Below, in pieces: positions 46,926-57,800 of a stretch of DNA of 64,000 bases (position 1 is its first letter; each line of letters begins with the position of its first letter). The position numbers and the translations under genes are program-made. Source of the DNA: Octopus sinensis. Taxonomy: Eukaryota. The notes under the pieces were generated by a model. It was not told where the DNA came from. It did not search any database and saw nothing but the letters and a program-made list of their open reading frames with translations. The stretch spans positions 2,728,001-2,792,000 of the forward strand of contig NC_043020.1 of the NCBI RefSeq assembly GCF_006345805.1, given 5' to 3'.

Positions 46926-49074
46926 CAGCTACAACAACAACAAACCACTACCACCACCATCACAACCACCTTCAACATAATCACAACTATGAGCCTTTTC
47001 TCTTTCCTTGTCCTACTGGGGTAGCCAATTATTTCTTCTGTAGTAAGATGGCTGTATTTGTACTTCCAACACCTCACCTAGCACATGGCAGCTTCTCTTG
47101 GTTCCACTCTCTCTCTCAGCTGAGAGATCTTTCTCTTGCAAGTTATTTGGTGACCCTGAGGGTGCTGGTGCCATGTGAAAAGCACCCATGTTGGTGCCAC
47201 ATAAAAAGCTCCAATGTTGTTGCCACATGAAAAGCACCCAGTATACTCTGTAAAGTGGTTGACATTAAGAAGGGCCTCCAGCCATAGAAACTATGCCAAA
47301 GCAGATAATTAAGCCTGGTGCAGCCCTCTGGCTTGCCAGCTCCTGTCAAACTGTCCCACCCATGCCAGCATGGAAAATAGACATAAAATGATGATGATGA
47401 TGACAATGTGTGTCTCTCTCTCTGTGAAGAGAGGGAAAGTGTTCAATTAATAAATTATTAGATCTCTCCCCCCTCTCTTTTTTCTCTCTCTCTCCCTCTC
47501 TCTTTTCTCTCTCTCTCTCTCCCTTACTCTTTTTTCTCTCTCTCTCCCTCTCTCTTTTCTCTCTCTCTCTCTCTCCCTTACTCTTTTTTCTCTCTCTCTC
47601 CCTCTCTCTTTTTCTCTCTCTCCCTCTCTTTTTTTCTCTCTTTCTCCCTCCCTCTCTTTTTTCTCTCTCTCACTCTATCCATATGTGTACATTTCTGCAT
47701 GTATGTGTGCATATGTGTATGCCTGCATATATGTGTTTGTGTGTGTGTGTGTGTTTACCTCCAGTGCCAAAAAGTACCGCATCCAAAACAGGTTGAATGT
47801 CCAGTTAGTTGTGCCAAACCATCAGAACCCAATCAACTGCCCCCCCCCCAATTATATCATTCTGTCCTACAAAGACTAAGTCATGTAAAAAAGCATTTTA
47901 AAATCAAGTGTCAGCTTTTATAAGTCTCTGCAATATTTTGGAGATATTACCATAAAGGTATGCGTAAGCATCGACAGGTTGAATTTTGTAATTGGAAAGC
48001 AATGCATTTGTAGTTTTTCTGAATAAAGTATAATGAATGACACCCCCCCCACCACCACCACTACCACCTCTTGCCATCCAGCATCATACAACACCTGTCT
48101 TGGTGCTTGATTCAAATCTTAAATGCCACAAAGTAGTTAAGATGAAGGATAAAATTCCATGCCCCGATCCATCTCCCACTGCCTGTCTGTTCATTTTTTT
48201 ACTGTAAAAAGAACACTATCATCATCATCACCACCACCACTGTCACCGCTGCCACCACCACCACCATCATCATCATCATCGTTGTCATTGTTGTCACCAC
48301 CGCCACCATCACCACGACCACCACCACTGTCATCGTCACCATCGTCATCATCATTGTCATCGTCACCATCGTCACCATCATTGTCATCATCATCACAGTC
48401 ATCATCATCACTGTCATCATCATCATTGTCATCATCACCATCGTCATCATCACTGTCATCATCATCACTGTCATCATCACCTAATGCTGTATTGTATATG
48501 CTGAAGGTTTATATGGGCTTGTGTCTTTTTTTTTCTTTTATTTGGAAAATTATTGTGCTTGGTGGGTTAATAATACATAGTTACAACATGAATTCTATTG
48601 TCAAACTGTCAGTTGAGTTAAAATGTCAAACAAAAGGATTTGACTTTTCAGGGTCAACCCAATTCCGTTGATAATAACTGTGCTAAGGGTACCCAGTTAT
48701 TACATTTATATTCTGCTGCTGCTGCTGCTGCTGCTGCTGTTGTTGTTGTTGTTGTTGTTGCATTATGTCTTGCTTTATTGTAGCAAAAGTAATTTTTTTT
48801 TATGCTTTGCAAAGAGATATGAATAAGCGTGATTGTGTGTGTGAGTGAGTGAGTGTATGTGTGTGTGTGTGTGTGTGTGCCCAAGTGTATGTGTGCATGT
48901 GTCTATTGTGTGTGTGTGTGTGTGTGTGCATGCATGTGTGTGGGCAAATGTTTTAGCCAGTGTCTTTGTGTTTCATGTATGCTCATGTGAGTTAACACAC
49001 ATTTGTCTATGTGTATACAAGTACACACATATTCAGACACCTATATGAATCAATCCCTCTCTCTCTCTCTCATA

Positions 49075-49145
<71 letters not shown>

Positions 49146-49692
49146 GGGGAGTTCACAAAAAAAACAAAAGACGAAGACAGGTGGTGTAGAAAACAAAGAG
49201 ATGTATTAGTATAACACTCAGGAATTGAAAAAGTCTTTTACGTTTTGAGCCTATGCTCTTCTACAGAAAGGGACACAGAAAAAAAAAACAAGAAGAGAAA
49301 AAATTGTGTGTAGTGGTTACCGATCTATCATAGCGACTAATATATATAGAAAATAGTAAAAAGTGAAAAAACTACAGAAGGCTTGTTTTAAAAGGTTAAA
49401 AAATATATATTTGAGTCAATATGTCTGAAGAATATTATAAATTTTTTTCTAACAATGACATAGTTTAGAAGAAAGACCGTTTAGCTTTTCAAATTTCTTA
49501 CGTCGTTATGTTTATGTTGAGAAGAGTTTCTTCTAAACTATGTCATTGTAAGAAAAAAATTTATAATATTCTTCAGACATATTGACTCAAATATATATTT
49601 TTTAACCTTTTAAAACAAGCCTTCTGTAGTTTTTTCACTTTTTACTATTTTCTATATATTCAACCACGTGCTTTCACAAACCAACTTTCTTA

Positions 49693-49748
<56 letters not shown>

Positions 49749-49816
49749 TATATATATATAGATATATATATATATATAGATAGATAGATAGATGATAGAT
49801 AGATAGATAGATAGAT

Positions 49817-49847
<31 letters not shown>

Positions 49848-49926
49848 TAGATATAGATAGATATAGATAGATAGATATAGATATATAGATAGATAGATAG
49901 ATAGATAGATATAGATATAGATATAA

Positions 49927-49957
<31 letters not shown>

Positions 49958-51706
49958 TAATGTACATACATTAATATATACATTCATACAATATATGAGT
50001 ATGAATTAGAGTAAATCAATGATCATACTCATGTATTTGTTTCTATTTAAATATGTACATGTGTTTATATACGCGGGGTGGGGTCCAAGAGAAACTGGAA
50101 TTTTGCAATATTATTTTATTCACTTAGTTTTACACATTTACACTTTTTTTGCCTTCAAAGTATTCTCCATTTGAAGCAATGCATTGGTCCAGATGTTTTT
50201 TCCCTTGTTCAAAGTAGAGCTGGAACTTCTGTGAAGTGATGCCTTTTAACACCTCTGTCATTTTTTCTTCACCTCTCCCACATCTGCAAATTCCATAGCA
50301 CCAGCTTTCGTCACCAGTGATGACCTTTGAAAAATAGTCCAGATCAACTTCCAACTGTTCTTTCAGTTCACGACACACATTCAGTTGTGACTGCTTTTGA
50401 TCTTCCGTGAGCAAGTGAGGCACAACATTTTGTTGCAACTCTTTTCATTCGCAATTCCTCAATTAAAATTCATTGGCAGGAGTTCCAGGACACATCAGTC
50501 AGATCAACAAGTTCATCATTGTTCAGTAACAGCCTGCTAAAATCAGTTCATGAATTGTCATGATGTTTTCATTGGTGAGTGAGGTTGACGGTGCCCTCAG
50601 TGAGGTTGGTCTTCAAGATACAAATGACTGTTACTAAAGTGTGTTACTAAGAACATTGTCTGCCGAGAGATACTGACTTGAAGGAGTGGATTGTTTTTAG
50701 AAATTCTGGAGACCCTTGATTGCATTAGGTATATGTCCTTAGTTTACATACATACAGACACAGACACACACACACACATTAAATGAATGTCTTTCAAAAG
50801 AGGTAACTATTTATATGTGGCATGTATTATATTGTTTTGTACATATATAGGTTTATTGTTTTCTGTATTCAAATAGGAGGAAACTGGCATGGCTCTATGT
50901 TGGGAGGGGGAGTACCATGGACTGATTTACATTGGCAATCTTTGCACACATGGTGGACACTCCCAAGTATCTCTATGTGTTGTTTATTTTCCCAGCCTAT
51001 GGGTATTGTATGTTAAAAAAGGATAGAATTAATAGCTAAACTTTATGTATATGTAAAAAGAACTGTACAAATATATAGTATTTGCTGCCTAAGTATCTCA
51101 TTCTATTATATATGTAGAGATTTCAATTACTCCTTTCTTCAATACCTTATTTTAATACATACATCATCATCATTTAATGTCTGTTTTCCATGCTAGCATG
51201 GGTTGGACGGTTTGACCGGGGTCTGGGAAGCCAGAAGTCTGCACCAGGCTCCAGTCTGATCTGGCAGTGTTTCTACAGCTGGATGCCCTTCCTAACGCTA
51301 CATATATGTAGAAAAACTTTATTATTTACTCAACATTCTATTAATCGGTTCGTAGGAATTCCATGGGTCCTGCAAGTTACTACTACTACTACTACTACTA
51401 AGGCGGCAAACTGGTAGAATCATTTGCATGCAGGGCAAAATGCTTAGCAGTATTTCACCCATCACTACATTCTGAGTTTAAATTCCGCCAAGGTCGACTT
51501 TGCCTTTCATCCCTTTGGGGTCGATAAATTAAGTACCAGTGAAACACTGGGGTTGATGTAATTGACTAGTCCCCTCCCACAAAATTTCAGGCCTTGTGTT
51601 TTAGTAGAAAGGGTTATAGTTGTTGTTGTTGTTATTTTTTTTTTTTCCTTCTTTCTTCAAATTTTCTTCCATTTCTCACTGAGTGTATTCCGTACACCTA
51701 CGGCAG

Positions 51707-51750
<44 letters not shown>

Positions 51751-51790
51751 TACTATTACTACTACTACTACTACTACAACTACTACTACA

Positions 51791-51827
<37 letters not shown>

Positions 51828-54800
51828 TTACTATTACTATTATTATTATTATTATTATTATTATTATCATTATTATTATTGATTTTTTTTAAGACAAAAG
51901 AAACTCTAAAAGAAATTTTGGAAAACATAAACAAGTTTTTGAGTAAAAATGAAACTTTAAATCAGTCAAACCTGGAACAACGTAAGTAATTTTATTTACT
52001 TTCTCTATTTCGTAGTTAATTAATTTTGTGGATGCCAATTATAATCCTATGGAATTAGTTGGTTGCAAACACATTCAGGATATTGTTATATCCTCTGCTT
52101 TATCCTATAATCCAGCTATCGTTATCTAAATAGCTCCGTTCCCAAGGTGATAATAATAAGTGACTTTCATTGTATGTTGTTGTTGTTGTTCTTCTTCTTC
52201 CTCGTCCGCCTCTTTCTTCTCTTCCTTTTCCTTCCCCTTCTTTTTCATCATCATCATCATCATCATCATCATCGTTATTATTAATGACCTCAGGTTGCTA
52301 GGGATGTGATAGCCACCAGTGAGTCCTGTGTTTTGAACATGCACCCACACTAGCCTCCGTTTTTGACAACCTTGGGATCTTACACATCTCTGGCTCAACC
52401 TAGAACGGGACGTGGAGTGGCAGTGCTGTCTAGGAAAGGTCTGGATCTCAATATATGGATGATCTTCCTGGACCCAGATGGTAAGTTGGTGGTCCTGAAT
52501 GTGAGTAGTAATTAAGTGGGTACTTTTAGACTAGTTGTTGCATATGCCCCAACTGTAGATAGAAGTAGCATAAGTTGTCCACAATTCAAAGTCATCAGCT
52601 ATACAGATCACAAATTTTTTATCTTTACGATTGACCTGGATAGGATCCATAGGCAGGGGCCCAGATACTTGAAGCTGAACCTATTTGCAAGTGTGTCAAT
52701 CATTCAGAGACCAGGTTAGCAAGTTACTCCATTGGAATTGTTGGGTACAGTTGTCAACAGCAGATGGTGGATAGCCCTGAAAAGAGCTATTAAAATAGAA
52801 GAGGTAGAATTTAGTATATAAATAACATTAGGGGAATTTAGGATAGAGGGAGATCTAGTTGGGAAGCTAGAAGAGGTACTCACTGGCAGTGAGATTAGCT
52901 CTTGATCAATTTTTCAATACCAAGCGTGATGGTTGTGTTGTAAGAACTCGAGTGTGTGCATAAAGACACGAGGGAACAAAAGCCGTACCTGGGTGGTAGA
53001 GGCAGTACATGGCAACAAAGCCACAATTTGGTCTTTGACAGGCCACGGTGGCTGCATGCTACTTAAGCAGATGTATGTGGAATTTCAGCAGCACTTTGCT
53101 GAACTGTATAGAGCATGTGGTGAGTTGAAGATGGGGGTGGATTTTACTTCCTACTTTGTTGGCATACTGCACCTTTTTGGCCAGGAATGTGGGGTTCTGT
53201 GAAATGGTGATAAGAACCAAAGACATGGGATGCAATGACTGGCTGCACAAGGGAGAAGGCTCCAGGGCTGGATGGTCTGCTCTTCGAGCTCTATTTTCAT
53301 ATGCCAGACATGTTTGGTGATCTCTTTCAGATAGATTTTACATAATGTTATAGTTTAACAATCCAGGAAATGCCATCTCTCACTTGCCCACTATTACAGA
53401 GTTCCTCGGGGGAATTTTGGTATGAACAGTTATGGAGAATTTTTTTAGCTTTAAGTCCCTCTCCACTGCTCAGCATATTGGGTGGCAAATACCAATCTTT
53501 GTTCTGGCTTTGGCACTCAGAGTCAGGCTTTCTGAGGCCCTAACTTCCTTAGAGCCTGTCATAAGGGGCATTTCTCCGCTGCCTTCCTCCTCATGTGAAA
53601 TATTCTCATCAATTTCTTCTGCTGATTTTTACAGAATTGGGTTACTGGCCTAATGCCAAACCCCACTGATTCTTCCTCTGGGCTTGGGTCTGGTGTTAGC
53701 ACAGTTACAAAGAATACAGGATAGAAATTAATTAGAAGCTACATCAGGAATGTGGGTACCCTGATCAACAAATGTTTAGGTTTAATTTTTATATGAATAC
53801 CCTGTTTTTATTTTTGTGCGTTTTATCATATTTTTTAATATTCTTATGAAATTTATATATTTTCATCTCTTCTCTCATCTTTGTATAATATCTCTATCAT
53901 ACCACATACATCTTTATAAAACCTCTGTTTAATGTTTCTATGTAGTTTTCTGTATATCTTTGAACATTTGTGGCTAAAAAAAGGAAAGATTATTGTTATT
54001 GGTGGTGCTGCTGCCCCCAACTGCCCAATAACTTATGAGAGCCAGTAATAAAACCTCTTTACGGCATGTTTTTTTTCTTTAATAAATAGTTAACCAAGAA
54101 CTCAAAGAATTCCAGCAGACAATGTTACAGACTGTGGAACAAAACAAGGAGAAAAGTGAGGACCACTGTAAAGTGAGTTTTTATTTTCTGGTACCTAATA
54201 AATTTTATACTCCATGAACCATTTATCTTTTACTTGTTTCAACCATTAGACTGCGGCCATGCTGGGGCACCACTTTGAAGGGTTTTTCGTTAAGCCTGGT
54301 ACTTATTCTATTGGTCTTTCTTGCAATCTAATGGCAGAAGCAAGTAAAAGATAAATATGAGGTGGTATCAAAAATTTCCCGGACTAGTTCTGTAGCATGC
54401 CAACAGATGGCAACACATGGTTGTGTGCACAGTGAGAACTAGCAGTGACCCTTATGAGGTAGTATGGTGAATGACATCACTGTAATGTCTTCCGGTCTGT
54501 TTTATCTTTCGATTTTATTATATTTTCTTATTTTTGTAAAATTTTTAATGTCAACTTTTTTGTATAATCATTTGCTCATCTGACCCCAAAATCAGATTGT
54601 ATTGTCCCCTCTTAGTTGGCCCCTTGTGGGTAATAAAAAAATCAATCTATATAAATGGTCATATTAATAATCAATCAAATATTCTTTTTCATTCATTTTC
54701 ATGAACCATTGTCTATATAACTGCAAAGCTTTTCTGTAATAATTGGTAAACTTGGTCATTATAAACATCATTAGAAATCCTATAGCTTTTGTTACTCAAC

Positions 54801-57800
54801 TTTGTTTTATTATCTTATAGAAAAACTATGAAATAGAGAAACTGAACCAGGAGTTGAGTTGTATGAAGCATCATGCATCCAGTGAGAAGTTGTTTTGTGA
54901 CAAAATTTCTGAAGAGTTTTCCGATCATCAGGGCTGGTTGAATGATAATTTAAAGAAATTGATTGCAGTTTTGAAACAAGAATCATCAAATAAAAACTCT
55001 TTTGCTCTTGAAGTTGAAGTTACGAAACAACAGAGTAAAGAATTTTCACAGTTAAAAACATTCTTGATCAAAAATTTTAAAGATCTCGAAAAGAAGTAAA
55101 TAATATTAATTTTTAGATAATTATTCTTTGATTGTTGCTATCTTGAATATATATTTTTCTTCTATTTTCAAAAATATAAAATATGAATTAAAAAAATTTG
55201 CAGATGATAGTATTGGTGTATGGTTATAAAGCTTGCTCCTCAGTCACCTTGGGCCAAAGTTCAATCTCACTGTGTGGCACCTTGTACAAGTGATTCCACC
55301 ATGGTCTCATCATCATCACCATCGTAGTTTAATGTCCACTTTCCATGCTAGCATGGGTTGGACGATTTTGACTGAGGGCTGGCAAACCAGACGGCCGCAC
55401 CAGGCTCCAATCTTGATCTGGCAGAGTTTCTACAGCTGGATGCCTTTCCTAATGCCAACCACTCCAAGAGTGTAGTGGGTGCTTTTTACGTGCCACTGGC
55501 ATGGGGTCAGTCAGGCGATACTGGCAATGACATCGCTCAAATCTTTTTACACATGCCACCGGCACAGGTACCGGTCTCATATTAACTAATACCTTGTGAA
55601 TGGAATTTTGTAGATAGAATCTCATGACTACATGCATATGTATATATATTCATGCAGAGAATTGACGCATAAACATAAAACAAGCTTATAGAGAAACATC
55701 ATCATCATTTAACACCATGCCTGCATAGGTCAGACTGTCTGACAGGGTCCATCAAACCACAGAGCTAAATCAGACCCCAATGTCAACTTTGGCATGATTT
55801 CTATAGCTGGTTGCTCTTCCTGATGCCAACCACTTTTATGTGGTGCCAGCACTGGTGAGGTCACCAATTAATATGCAAAACAAAGTAAAACAAGGAAAAG
55901 GAAAGAGCAATAACCAGCAAGAAAACAAATGAAGGTTGTCATCATGCATTATATAACCTAAGGGCTGTCTTTTTTGTCCTTTCCATATTGCATCAGAGTC
56001 TTCTGGAATTTTTGCCCCCCCCCTCCTTTTTTCATCACGGGGGATATCTACCAATAAATGTTTGAACTGTACTTCACCCACATTAATCAGAAAGTGACTG
56101 AAAATGTGAGCACTACTCACGTCCTTTGTTAATTAATTGATGACAATGATGATGATTTCTTTTATTATATTTCATTGCAATTTTTTTTGACAAAAATTAA
56201 TATAGTTCTATATTTAAGAGATGAGAAACTATGTACATTATTTACATTATTTACATTAGACGGATACGTGTCCTCATCTTGTTTGTTGTTAACACAACGT
56301 TTCGGCTGATATACCTTAGGAATGAGAACCCAAGTTACATATACAATGGGCTTTTAGTTTCCATCTACCAAATCCACTCGCAAGGTTTTGGTCAGCCTGA
56401 GGCTGTACTAGAAGACACTTGCCCAAGCTGCCACACAGTGAGACTGAACCTGGAACCATGTGGTTGGGAAGATAAGATGTGAAATATCAATCTTCCTTAG
56501 GTCTGCATTGATTGATTATCACTTAAATAAATGCCAAGCTGGCAGAATTGTTAGCATGTTGGAGAAAATGCTTAATGGCATTTCTTTTGGTTTCTCTACA
56601 TTGAGTTCAACTTCCATCAAGATCAACTTTGCTTTCATCATTTTGGGGGTCAATAAAATAAGTACCAGTTGAGCACTGAGGGTGACATAATCAACTCATG
56701 CCCCATCCCTAAAATTGCTGGCCTTGTGCCAACATTTGAAACCATTCATTAGAATGAAGCTCAACCGTAACCTTTCTATTTACATGTTTCTTTTCTGAGT
56801 ATTTCTTTTCTTGTATTCTTTCATTGACACAAACCTTGATTGTTTTAGTGTGCTTTGTCTAAACTCTTTCATCCCAAATCCCATGAGATCTTCAGTAACT
56901 CCCTAATAATAATAATTAACCTTGATTGTTTTGCTTTCTTTATCCTTTTTTTTTTATTTAGAATATTATCTTCAACAGATGATGTGCTAGATCATTCTGC
57001 TAACACATTGTTAAACTTCAGCAAAAGTATCTCCTTAAGGTTTGAGCAAATACTGAAGAACTGTTCTAAAATCTTTGAGGACAGTATAGAAAAACAGTTT
57101 GAAAGTAACCAGAATTACCAAGAGGAAAATATTGAAAGACTTGTCTGTCAGAACATAAAGAATAGTTACCAAGATTTCAAGAAAAAATCAATAACATGTG
57201 TGAAATACAAACCATCTCATTTCAAAAAATATCAAATGAACTTTATCGCATAAAGCAGAAAATGGATATTCTATCTCAAAACATGACCAGTGAAAATCAG
57301 AAATTCCTTTCTGTAGTACCCTGTGAAAGAGACTTTAATATCAAGCCTTATAATGCTGTTAACAAGGAGCATATTGACAATGATAATAGATTTTTTGATA
57401 TGCAAAGCAACAATGTAAATAGTAATAATTCTTTGAATGTGGTTCCTTATAATCCCGGTCAGTTAAGAAGGTCTCAAAGGATCATGTCTAACAACTATAA
57501 TACACAAGCTCATCAAATACAAAAGACATCAAATCTTCCGCAAATGGTTGACTTGAAAAATTCTCAGTTAGAAACGGCTAAAAAATTGCAAAAATGTTCG
57601 GAACCAAATTTGAAGAAGAATTTCCAAACCTTTCAAACTTCAAATACTTCATATCTGAATCATGTTTGGCAGTTTGGCAAGCAGTCAAAAGTCATTAATA
57701 GAATGCCTAACGAAGAAGATGAAGATGAATATTTTACCACTCCAGAATACAACTTTAAGAACAGGATGTAAGTAAATACTTAACCATAATCATAAATTAA

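Noticed and set aside
48159-48671. 170-aa Ser/Pro-rich ORF, and similar ORFs at 46862, 46607, 42386, 51562, 51594, 49674-49987, 28950 and 36206
   Set aside because: These are translations of trinucleotide and dinucleotide repeats. Only the TKETL...EQ end of 51594..51989 is a real exon.
50877-50966. Candidate exon [15 protein letters not shown]... after ttcaaatag
   Set aside because: Phase-neutral with a weak donor (gtatct), no similarity to the surrounding protein, and not needed for the gene model.
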